Shown: piece by piece, positions 10,023-18,398 of the stretch | How positions within the stretch are numbered: the stretch's first letter is position 1 | Layout of the letters: each line of letters begins with the position of its first letter | Source: Deltaproteobacteria bacterium | GTDB taxonomy: Bacteria > Myxococcota_A > Polyangia > Polyangiales > Houyiibacteriaceae | DNA: 64,000 nt | Assembly (NCBI GenBank): GCA_034670305.1 | Contig: JAXMNT010000003.1 | Location: 209,764 to 273,763, forward strand | Direction: 5' to 3' | Translations under genes and position numbers: made by a program | The notes under the pieces: generated by a model | What the model saw: the letters and a program-made list of their open reading frames with translations, nothing else | What the model was told of the DNA's origin: nothing | The model's database searches: none

Positions 10023-11474
10023 GGCCGTGGGTGGTTCGTCGCCAAGGGGTCGTGAGCTCGACTCCTTCGCGCTTCGTTCGCGAAGCTTCTCGTACATGGT
10101 GCCGTAGAAGTCGGACATGTCGTCCGCCGACTCTTCTCGTTCGGCGAGTCGTTCATCATCACCGACGGCGCACCCAGCCACGACGACCACTTGCTTCGGC
10201 ACCTCGCACTCCACGAACCGAGCGGCCCAGCCTGCATCGAAGACACCCGGCGCCAGGAAGTACGCCTCCCCACCCGGCGGCTCCGCTTCGTTGCGCCGCT
10301 CGCGCACCGCCTTGTACGTGCCGTACGGATAGACGATGTCGGGCTGCTCCCTCGGTGACTCGGCGTCGGGTTCGTCACCTTGAGAGTCGTCCGGCGGCCG
10401 TTCTACTGCGCGAGCAGTGGTGTCCGGTGCCGGCTCTTGCTCCTGAGCGCCGCAGTCCGGTTCCCGCGCTTCGGCGAGCTCTCGTTCCCGCGCCTTGGCG
10501 AGTCTCCGCTTCCGTGCCTGCTTCACTCGCCGCCGCGCGATCTGCGCGTTCTCTTCCAGCCGCACCTTTTCGTGCACTGCGCAGAACTGGTCGACCTCGG
10601 CCGTCACGAGCTCCCGCAGCCGCTTGCGCTCCCCGACGTCACCCGCGCCAATCATGACGAGCGGCTTGTTCGGACTCCACCGCTCCACGAGCGTGTTCGG
10701 CTCGTCCCACGGATGCATCTTCTGATCGCCCAGCACCGGAAACGGTCGCATCGCAGCCAGCGCACGCTCCTGTGTGCGCGCATCGCTCCGCAGGTCCGCG
10801 ACCATGCGTTTCGTGTCGCCGCCGTACGCGATGTACGCCGCCGGCGTCGGCCCGAACACGAGAATGACCTCCGCCGGAAACGACGGGTCGAAGAACACGT
10901 CCGGCCGCTTCACCCGCAACCGGTACCCACCGATCCACTCGAGCGGCGTACACACCCCGTCGTAGTCCGCCGCCTTCTCACACAGCCCAGCCGCGACGGG
11001 GTTCAAGTACTGGTAGAGCACCTGCTTCAACTCCGCCGACCAATCCATCGTCCGCATGAACGAGATCTGCCGACCGTCGAAGACCTGACCAAGCCGCTGA
11101 TAGCCACGCTTGGCCAGCAGCACGTTGATCGCCTTTGCGGTCCACGAATGCGCCCTGCAGAAGATCCTCGGCGCCCTCCCTCTCACATCGGTGAAGAACA
11201 CATGCGGATGCGTGCCCATCAAACAGATCTGATGGAACACCGCCTCTGAATCCCGGTCTCCCATGCCATCGTCCGCACCGAGCGCCGCCACCCCAAGCGC
11301 GTACAGATAGATCTGCGAAACCTGAGGGTCCCAGTTGCCGAGCGCGAACTTCCGCAAGTTCGTCCGCCGCGTCATCGCCAGCGTCTCCCCATGCACCCTC
11401 GCCCGCGGCCTCACGAACACCCTCATCGGCACTGCCCACCGGCGGTTGCCATTGGCGGACTCGACGGACCCCAT
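9837..11474 (-). CDS. Second, divergent HUH/Y1 (RAYT-like) transposase
   Basis: LAMTRRT, HUH motif MGTHPH, YQYLNPVAAGLCEKAADY and C-terminal YPYGTYKA. The start may be the internal MRVFVR. Confidence 0.8.
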   Translation of the reverse strand: MGSVESANGNRRWAVPMRVFVRPRARVHGETLAMTRRTNLRKFALGNWDPQVSQIYLYALGVAALGADDGMGDRDSEAVFHQICLMGTHPHVFFTDVRGRAPRIFCRAHSWTAKAINVLLAKRGYQRLGQVFDGRQISFMRTMDWSAELKQVLYQYLNPVAAGLCEKAADYDGVCTPLEWIGGYRLRVKRPDVFFDPSFPAEVILVFGPTPAAYIAYGGDTKRMVADLRSDARTQERALAAMRPFPVLGDQKMHPWDEPNTLVERWSPNKPLVMIGAGDVGERKRLRELVTAEVDQFCAVHEKVRLEENAQIARRRVKQARKRRLAKARERELAEAREPDCGAQEQEPAPDTTARAVERPPDDSQGDEPDAESPREQPDIVYPYGTYKAVRERRNEAEPPGGEAYFLAPGVFDAGWAARFVECEVPKQVVVVAGCAVGDDERLAEREESADDMSDFYGTMYEKLRERSAKESSSRPLGDEPPTATTDRNEQKSATKRPSIQPPMAPHPVRDRYGSRPGLSDTDRVTVRRDLLRPGGTPRADKDPD

Positions 11475-11499
11475 GGACGGGCTCCAACCGGAGCGCTTC

Positions 11500-11848
11500 G
11501 CGCGCTCGGTCCGGGGGACTCGCTCCTGGCACGCTATTGAACGTGACCTGACGGGTGTCGTTGGCTGGCGCGCGCCCTTGCTCGGCTCGTCGCTCAGTCC
11601 GCTCGGGCCCGGGAATCGACTCCCGAACCTCTGTTTCGCTGGTTCTGCGTTCTTGCGTCTTCCTTCGGACGCAGGTGTGCGCGGCTCGGGCTGTTGCCGG
11701 GCCGCGCTTTGGCTCTTGAAGCCCGCTGAGGTGGTTCAGTCGGGGTCTTCGTCGGCTCGAGGAGTTCCGCCTGGTCTGAGGAGGTCTCGGCGCGGAGGTT
11801 GGATCCTCGGTCGCTTGGTGGCGCTCTTCTGCTCGTTGCGGTCCGTGG
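11500..11848 (-). repeat. Direct-repeat copy 2 of the second transposase's 3'/downstream segment, lying upstream of the gene
   Basis: High identity to 9601-10022, with an internal deletion of roughly 70 bp. Confidence 0.9.
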
Positions 11849-11907
11849 CAGTTGTCCCGGCGACACGAGTCCAACGTCTCGACCACCGTCGTTCCCCAGA
11901 CGCAGCG

Positions 11908-11940
11908 ACGCCCGGCTGAGCGGGGGCTCGAACCGGGCGT
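11908..11940 (-). terminator. Hairpin downstream of the tRNA (possible terminator or processing stem)
   Basis: ACGCCCGG...CCGGGCGT inverted repeat with inner GAGC/GCTC. No clear U-tract. Confidence 0.35.
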
Positions 11941-11960
11941 GATCGCTTTCGTTTCTGCGG

Positions 11961-12033
<73 letters not shown>

Positions 12034-12137
12034 AACCTCCGAAGAGACGGTCGATGTAGGTGGCTTTGGGCTGGGCGTCAAGAGGCGCGGCGGACGCTCC
12101 GAACCCAATTGCAGACGGGGCGGGGTTTCAGTCCGTC

Positions 12138-13769
12138 ATGGCGTCGAGACAGCGGGTGGTTGGGGCGGGTGGGACGGGGCGACCAGGCGTGGCGCCTTCG
12201 TGCGAGGCGTGTCTCGACGGACGGCGCGACGCCAAGAAGCGAGACAAGAGGGGAGGCGCCGCCCACCCGCAGCGCAGCTTCGTCGGAGCGCTCGGCACGG
12301 GGTGCGCGCTGCTCGGTCTGCTTGCGTTCGGGCTCTTCGTGGCGCCGGCGGGACGAACCGGTTCGGCGCAGCCGGCAGTCGACTCGGCGGGCGTGGTGGG
12401 GTGGCACGTTCGGCTTGCCCGAGGGTGGTTGCGGACACCGGCTGTGGCGGACGGACGAGTCTTCGTAGGCGGCGGGATCGGGAGCCGGTCGTTCTTTGCA
12501 TTCGATGCGCGCACGGGCGCACGGCTGTGGGAGGCGACCGTCAGCGACGTGGGCCCAACGGCGGCGCTGGTCCACGGCGGGCGCGTGGTGTTCGGCTCGG
12601 AGAGTTGCCACGTGCATGTGCTCGACGCGGAGACGGGAGAGGTGCTGTGGGAGCGGGTGCTCGGGGATCCGATCACCGCTGCGCCGGCGATCGCGGACGG
12701 ACGCATCTTCGAGGTCTATCCCGGCCCGCGAGGCTGGGCGGTGGCGGCGCTGGCGCTCGACGACGGCACGCCGCTCTGGTCGACGACGATCGGGCACAAC
12801 GCGATCGACGCACCGGTCGTGAAGGGCGGCGTGGTCTACCTGACGCTGACGCAGGGCGATGTGGTGGCGCTCGACGCGCGCACGGGCCGGGTGCGGTGGC
12901 GGGCGGCGGCCGACGCGATCGGGGCGCCGTCGATCGGCGACAACGAGGTGCGGGTGGTGCGGTGGAAACGCGAGGGCGGCGTCTTCTACAGCCGCGAGGT
13001 GCAGGTGTTCGGTCAGGAGTTGGGACGCCGGGTGCTTTTCGAGGCACTGAGCGCGCGGTTGGCCGAGCTGACGGGGTGTGGCTGGAACGAACCGGTGCGG
13101 ACCGAAGTGCGCGTCGATCCGGATGGCACGCTGCACGCGGACCTCGAACATTTGAACGATGCGGTGCGCGCCTGTCTGGCGCCGGTGTTCTCGGCAGCGA
13201 AGATCGACCCCATCGGCGCGCACGCGATGTTCCAGGTGGACCTCAGTCGCGGGCACCAGGAGGTGGTGCGACTCGACCGGGCGACCGGCGCGATGCGTGG
13301 TTCGCTCGGCGCGCTGGCGCTCGGCACCGTGCCGACGATCGCGGCGCGGAGCGGAGGCAACTGGTTCTGGCACTACGAGGGGCCGCGGGTGGTGCGCGAT
13401 GGCGCCGCGCAGTTCGAACTGCTCGGCGACACGCTCCGTGTGCGGGAGGACGTCTCGGTGCTGGGCGCCGATCGGGTCCGGTGGGCACACCGAGAACGCG
13501 GTGGCGCGTCGTTGCCGGCGCTGACCGGCGAGCACGTGGTGTTCGGGACGGGAGGCGGCGAGCTCGTGGTGCGGGAGCGCGGCTCCGGGAGAGAGGTGCG
13601 CCGGGTTCGGGTGGGACACGCGATCGGGTCGCAGCCGGTGATCGACAAGGGCTGGGTCTACGCGACCACCCGGGACGGCTTGCTGGTGGCGCGCGCAATG
13701 CGCGACCTGCTCGACCCCTCGGAGCGCTACCCGATGTGGGGCGGTTCGGTCTCCCGCAACGGACGCTGA
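12138..13769 (+). CDS. PQQ-like (BamB-type) beta-propeller repeat protein
   Basis: Repeated AxDxxTGxxxW blades ([33 protein letters not shown]) and an N-terminal hydrophobic stretch. Start is uncertain. Confidence 0.75.
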   Translation: MASRQRVVGAGGTGRPGVAPSCEACLDGRRDAKKRDKRGGAAHPQRSFVGALGTGCALLGLLAFGLFVAPAGRTGSAQPAVDSAGVVGWHVRLARGWLRTPAVADGRVFVGGGIGSRSFFAFDARTGARLWEATVSDVGPTAALVHGGRVVFGSESCHVHVLDAETGEVLWERVLGDPITAAPAIADGRIFEVYPGPRGWAVAALALDDGTPLWSTTIGHNAIDAPVVKGGVVYLTLTQGDVVALDARTGRVRWRAAADAIGAPSIGDNEVRVVRWKREGGVFYSREVQVFGQELGRRVLFEALSARLAELTGCGWNEPVRTEVRVDPDGTLHADLEHLNDAVRACLAPVFSAAKIDPIGAHAMFQVDLSRGHQEVVRLDRATGAMRGSLGALALGTVPTIAARSGGNWFWHYEGPRVVRDGAAQFELLGDTLRVREDVSVLGADRVRWAHRERGGASLPALTGEHVVFGTGGGELVVRERGSGREVRRVRVGHAIGSQPVIDKGWVYATTRDGLLVARAMRDLLDPSERYPMWGGSVSRNGR

Positions 13770-13776
13770 AATGGCG

Positions 13777-14019
13777 TCCGATTCGGGGTCGGCATCGGCA
13801 TCGGCGTCGGCTTCGGATTCGGCTTCGGATTCGGCATCGGCATCGACCTCGGCATCGGCTTCGGATTCGGCATCGGCTTCGGCATCGACATCAGATTCGG
13901 ATTCGGATTCGGCTTCGGGGTCGGCATCGGCTTCGGCATCGGCTTCGGCATCGGCATCGGATTCGGGGTCGGCTTTGGATTCGGCATCGGCTTCGGGGTC
14001 GGCTTCGGCTTCGGCTTCG
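13777..14019. repeat. Degenerate hexamer microsatellite (TCGGCA/TCGGCT/TCGGAT), about 40 units
   Basis: Fills the gap between two convergent stop codons. Confidence 0.95.
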
Positions 14020-14029
14020 TCGCAGTCCG

Positions 14030-15013
14030 CTACCAGGGCACGCCCACGGTGAGCGACCCCCAGTGGTGGCTGCGCGGATGAAACGGCGCGTCGGGCGCGT
14101 CGAACGTGCGGGTCTGGCGGACGTGGCTGTAGCGGACCCACGCACGTCGGCGGTGGAGCACGAACCCGAAGCGGAACGCGGCGACCCAGGCGCGCCGTTC
14201 GAGGTTCGGGACGACTTCGGCACCGTCGGCTTCGACGAACAGGTCGCGCCACACTCCGTCGATCGACCCGCCGACGAAGACCGCGCCGCACAGTCTTGGG
14301 CAACGGTGGCCGGCGACGAAGCGGGCTTCGAGTAGCGCGATGCGCGCGCCCGCATTCACGCCGAACGAGAGGCCGACGCCTGCGCCCGCACGCACGCGTC
14401 CGAACGCGTTGCCGAGGTCGGCACGGGCCGCACCGACGAAGAAGAGATCGAGCCCGCCAATGGTGCGCGTGGGTGCGGCGGCCCAGGCAGGGGCGACGAC
14501 AAACGCTGCCTGGTTCGGCAGCTGGTTCGCCCAGCCCTGCGGCCTGCGCACACCGAGCACGCGGTGCATCGCGTCTTGCACCGGTTCGCCACCGGCCGCG
14601 GGGCCGACCACGCCGGCGCGCAGGCCGAGCGAGACGTGGTGCACCCCCGTCCGCCAGAGCGCTTCGAGGTCGGCGAAGAGCCAGGCGCCGAACGCGTGGT
14701 CGCGGGTCGGCGCGTCGACGAACTGGATGTTGCGCGGGGTGTAGAGCACCTGGCCGAGGCCGAAGCGCAGTTGCAGCTCCGGGACACGCGTCTGCAGGGT
14801 GAGGTGCGCGGCGAGGTGGCTCGAGTACCAGCGGTCGAGGCCGGCGAAGGTGTCGTTGTCGAAGCGGAGGGTGAAGACGTTCGGGGTGGACGCGGCCGAT
14901 CCCGATGCCGATGCCGGAGGCGATGCTGAGGCGGGGGCGGTGGCCGCGCACAGGAACGCGACGCACGCGAGGAAACCGAACGCGTGTCTTCCGGACTCGG
15001 GTCGGTGCCGCAC
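14030..15013 (-). CDS. LpxR-family lipid A deacylase-like outer membrane beta-barrel
   Basis: Signal peptide, FDNDTF..DRWYS, GQVLYTP...D.P.RD.AF.AWL, GVVGPAAGGE.VQ...H, GW.NQL.N and the terminal WGSLTV. Confidence 0.75.
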   Translation of the reverse strand: MRHRPESGRHAFGFLACVAFLCAATAPASASPPASASGSAASTPNVFTLRFDNDTFAGLDRWYSSHLAAHLTLQTRVPELQLRFGLGQVLYTPRNIQFVDAPTRDHAFGAWLFADLEALWRTGVHHVSLGLRAGVVGPAAGGEPVQDAMHRVLGVRRPQGWANQLPNQAAFVVAPAWAAAPTRTIGGLDLFFVGAARADLGNAFGRVRAGAGVGLSFGVNAGARIALLEARFVAGHRCPRLCGAVFVGGSIDGVWRDLFVEADGAEVVPNLERRAWVAAFRFGFVLHRRRAWVRYSHVRQTRTFDAPDAPFHPRSHHWGSLTVGVPW

Positions 15014-15066
15014 GGGGGCGATGGTGACTGGTCCGTGGGGCCGGCGCACCGCCAACCGCGTGGGGG

Positions 15067-16524
15067 TCAGTTCAGTTGGCGGCGGACGAGGCGGCCGAGG
15101 GTGCCGAGGGACTGTTCGACTTCGTCGGTCCAGGCGAGGCCTGCGTTGAGCCGCATGCACCGGCGGTAGCGCTGGCCCACGGCGAACATCGGTCCCGGCG
15201 CGATGCTGATCTTCTCGGCGAGCGCTTCGTCGTGCAGCGCCATGCTGTCGACGCCACGCGGCATCTCCACCCAGAGCAGGCTGCCACCGGCGGGGCGCGA
15301 CACCCGCGTTCCGGAGGGAAAGCGCGAGGCGATCGTTGCGGTCATCCGCGCGATGTTCTCTTGGTAGGTGCGGCGGAGTCGGCGGAGGTGCCGGTCGTAG
15401 CCGCCGTCTCGGAGGAAGCGGGTGACGGCCAGCTGCGCGGCGCCGGGAGACGAGACGCTGGTGACGAGCTTGAGGTGCGCGATGCGGTCGAGCTGTTCGC
15501 CGGGCGCGACCCAGCCGATGCGGAGACCCGCCGAGATGGTCTTGCTGAACGAGCTGCAATGGTAGACGAGGCCCTCCTCGTCGAGCGCTTTGAGCGCGGT
15601 GGGACGCACGTGGTCGTGGGCCAACTCGCCGTACACGTCGTCTTCGATGATCGGCACGTTGTGCTTCGACGCCAACGCCAAGAGCGCGCGCTTCTTCTCG
15701 TCGCCGAGCGACGCACCGAGCGGGTTGCTGAAGTTCGGGACGAGCAACATCGCGCAGACGTCGTGGGCTTCGAGCGCTTCGGCGAGGGCGTCGAGTTCGA
15801 TGCCTTCGCGCGGATCGGTCGCGACGGGGAGCGCCCGGAAGCCGAGGACCTCGAGCGTCTCGAGGTGGCCGTAGTAGGCGGGCGACTCGACGATCACAGT
15901 GGCGGCTTCGCCTGCTTTGCCGTGCGTCAGTGCGCGCAGCGTGAGGTAGACGGCTTCTTGCGCGCCGCTCGTGACGATGATGTCGCGCGGACCGAGCGTG
16001 CAGCCCGCGCCCACCATGCGCCGCGCGATCTCCTTGCGCAGCGGTTCGTGGCCCGAGGCCATGATGTAGCCGTGGCTGATCGACGGACGGCGCCGCATCT
16101 CCTCGCTGAGCAGTCGGGTGATCTGACGCGTCGGCAAGAGATCCGGGTGCGGCACCGCGGCGCCGAGTTTGATGAGATCCGGATCGTTCACCTCGGCCAT
16201 GAGCCGGTAGGCCATCGAGCCGCGTACCTCCCGCGGGCGCGACGCCGGGCTCGCGAGACGGGGCTCGTCGGGTAGGAGCCGGAGCTTCACGTAGTACCCG
16301 GACTTCGGTCGCGCTTCGACGAAGCCGCGGTCCTCGAGCCACCGGTACGCCTCGAGCACCGTCGAGACACTGACCGACCACTCTCGATGCAGCCGCCGCA
16401 CCGAAGGGATCTTGTCGCCCGGCTTGAGGGTGCCCTGTTCGATGAGCGCGACGACGCGCGCGGCCACCTCCTCGTAGAGCGTTTCGTATTCGGTCGCCGT
16501 GGTCTGCATGCCCTTGGATGCCAT
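15067..16524 (-). CDS. MocR/GntR-family regulator (wHTH plus PLP aminotransferase-like domain)
   Basis: LKPGDKIPSVRRL, VEARPKSGYYV, IIEDDVYGEL and SFSKTISAGLRIGW. Confidence 0.93.
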   Translation of the reverse strand: MASKGMQTTATEYETLYEEVAARVVALIEQGTLKPGDKIPSVRRLHREWSVSVSTVLEAYRWLEDRGFVEARPKSGYYVKLRLLPDEPRLASPASRPREVRGSMAYRLMAEVNDPDLIKLGAAVPHPDLLPTRQITRLLSEEMRRRPSISHGYIMASGHEPLRKEIARRMVGAGCTLGPRDIIVTSGAQEAVYLTLRALTHGKAGEAATVIVESPAYYGHLETLEVLGFRALPVATDPREGIELDALAEALEAHDVCAMLLVPNFSNPLGASLGDEKKRALLALASKHNVPIIEDDVYGELAHDHVRPTALKALDEEGLVYHCSSFSKTISAGLRIGWVAPGEQLDRIAHLKLVTSVSSPGAAQLAVTRFLRDGGYDRHLRRLRRTYQENIARMTATIASRFPSGTRVSRPAGGSLLWVEMPRGVDSMALHDEALAEKISIAPGPMFAVGQRYRRCMRLNAGLAWTDEVEQSLGTLGRLVRRQLN

Positions 16525-16542
16525 CTCTGCCGTTCCTCGCCA

Positions 16543-16596
16543 GGTACAGATGCACCCTGTTGTAACCGATACAGATGCAGATACGCAATCTGTACC
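16543..16596. promoter_or_regulatory. Candidate MocR operator: two direct boxes and one inverted box
   Basis: GGTACAGAT (16543), GATACAGAT (16568) and ATCTGTACC (16588). More ATCTGT boxes lie upstream of the divergent EamA gene (~16749, ~16779). Confidence 0.55.
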
Positions 16597-16815
16597 CCCA
16601 ACCAAAGCGAGCACAGGGGGCGTGGAAAACGGACGGGGTTCGATTCTGCAATACTCCCGTTGCATGGTTGAAACATAGCCGAAACCGGGTGCGTCGTCCG
16701 ACCAACACACTTGAGAGAGCCCGACGGGAGCACAGCGGACCAGACTTATCTGTGCTCCTCTGCATACAAGCAACGTGCATCTGTCATGTACGCAGAACCG
16801 CGACACACTCAGGCC

Positions 16816-18030
16816 ATGTCCAAGGGCAACGAACGGTTCGGGGCACGCCACGTGGTGGCGTTTCTCATCATCTACCTGGTCTGGGGATCGACCTTCGGTG
16901 CGATCCACGTCGCGCTCGAGAGTGTGCCGCCGGTCCTGCTGGTGGGTCTGCGTTTTGCGCTGGCCGGCCTGCTCCTGCTCACCGTCTCTCGGCTCAAACG
17001 CCGAGCCGACGGCACCGCACCATCGCAGTCGCTGGGGGCACTCTGGCTCCAAGCGGTGCCGGTCGGTGTGGCGCTCTTCTTTCTGTCGGGCACGTTGCTC
17101 GCCTGGTCGGAGCAGAGCCTGCCTTCGTCGACCGCAGCGCTGCTCGGCTGTGCGTCTCCGTTCTTCGTGGTGCTCTTCGAGTGGGTGCGCACCCGCAAGG
17201 CGCCCGGCCCCTTCGTGCTCGCCGGACTCGGCCTCGGGCTCGCGGGCGTAGCGGTGCTGGTGGGCAGCGGCACGGCGCCCGCGTTGCAGTCGGTCGCCCT
17301 CTTGCTCGGGGCGGGGACGACGGCGTTCGCGATGTTGTGGCTGGCGCGCAGCCCCGAGGGCGGCCTGGCCGCGGTGGGTCGACAGATGGTGGTGGGCGGC
17401 TCGCTCGGGCTCGTCGGATCCGCGCTCTTCGAGACGCGCCAAGCGACGTGGACGACCGACGGCGCGCTCGCGCTCGTGTACTTGGTGTTCGTCGGGTCGG
17501 CGCTGGCCTACTGCGCGTTCGCCTGGCTCCTCGCGCGGGTGCCGGCGTCGCTCGTGTCGACGCATGCGTTCATCAACCCGCTCGTCGCAGTGTTGCTCGG
17601 CGCGTGGCTGCTGAGCGAACCGGTGGGCGCTTCGAGCCTGCTCGCGGGCGGACTCATCGTGGGCGCCGTGTTGCTGCTGACGCTGGGGAACCGACAGCCG
17701 AGAGAACTCGAAGACCCGGCCACCCCATCGGCCACGCTGAAACTGCCGCGGGCGCCGCGGTTCCCGGCGCTGCGCTTCCCGGCGATGGCAGCGCTCCGGC
17801 CAGCACTGCGGTTCAAGCCAGCACTGCCAGCACTGCGGTTCAAGTCGGCACTGCGGTTCAAGCCGGCACTGCGGTTCCCCAAGGCACTGCGCCTGGCCAG
17901 GATCGAACCAGCACCGGCGGCCTCGGACCTCACCCTGTGTACGTGCGCAACCGACTCGATCGGGTGCGGGCGTCCGGTGGGCCCCAGTCGAGGTACCCTG
18001 GAGCCATGGGCAAGCAGAAGAAGAAGCTGA
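16816..18030 (+). CDS. EamA/DMT-family transporter (YedA-like) with repetitive C-terminal tail
   Basis: IYLVWGSTF, LRFALAG, YLVFVGSALAY and HAFINPLVAVLLG; about 10 TM helices. Confidence 0.88.
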   Translation: MSKGNERFGARHVVAFLIIYLVWGSTFGAIHVALESVPPVLLVGLRFALAGLLLLTVSRLKRRADGTAPSQSLGALWLQAVPVGVALFFLSGTLLAWSEQSLPSSTAALLGCASPFFVVLFEWVRTRKAPGPFVLAGLGLGLAGVAVLVGSGTAPALQSVALLLGAGTTAFAMLWLARSPEGGLAAVGRQMVVGGSLGLVGSALFETRQATWTTDGALALVYLVFVGSALAYCAFAWLLARVPASLVSTHAFINPLVAVLLGAWLLSEPVGASSLLAGGLIVGAVLLLTLGNRQPRELEDPATPSATLKLPRAPRFPALRFPAMAALRPALRFKPALPALRFKSALRFKPALRFPKALRLARIEPAPAASDLTLCTCATDSIGCGRPVGPSRGTLEPWASRRRS

Positions 18031-18359
18031 AGCGCGCGAAGAAACGGATCGCCAAACTGGAGAAGCGGGTCGCGAAGCTCCGGCACGCGCTCGAACATCC
18101 AGACCATGGCTTCGAGGAGAAGCGGGTGGTCGATCTGATCGTCGGGCTCACGACCGAACACGTCGGCCGACTCCTGCAGCAACAGTTCGATGAGCGGCGT
18201 CTCGTGGACGCTGTCTCGCGCGCGGTGGTGGGCGACGTGGTGCGGGGCACCGAACGCGCGCTCGAGCGCAGCTTCAGCCCACGCCACGTCGACGCGCTCG
18301 CCGAAGCCATCGCGGAGCGTTTCGTCTACGAGGACGAGGACGAGGACGAGGACGAGTAG
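18006..18359 (+). CDS. Small hypothetical protein with basic coiled-coil N-terminus and acidic tail
   Basis: MGKQKKKLKRAKKRIAKLEKRVAKL...YEDEDEDEDE, with host-like codon usage. Confidence 0.65.
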   Translation: MGKQKKKLKRAKKRIAKLEKRVAKLRHALEHPDHGFEEKRVVDLIVGLTTEHVGRLLQQQFDERRLVDAVSRAVVGDVVRGTERALERSFSPRHVDALAEAIAERFVYEDEDEDEDE

Positions 18360-18398
18360 CCCGACGAGCCCTGGAGACGAGTCGCGCCGGGCGCCGAG

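Noticed and set aside
11849-11960. Prophage or ICE attachment site at tRNA-Gly
   Set aside because: I found no duplicate of the tRNA 3' end, no integrase and no phage or conjugation genes in the window. They could lie beyond the left edge.
13777-14019. Possible CRISPR array
   Set aside because: Contiguous 6-bp units with no unique spacers, and no cas genes in the window.
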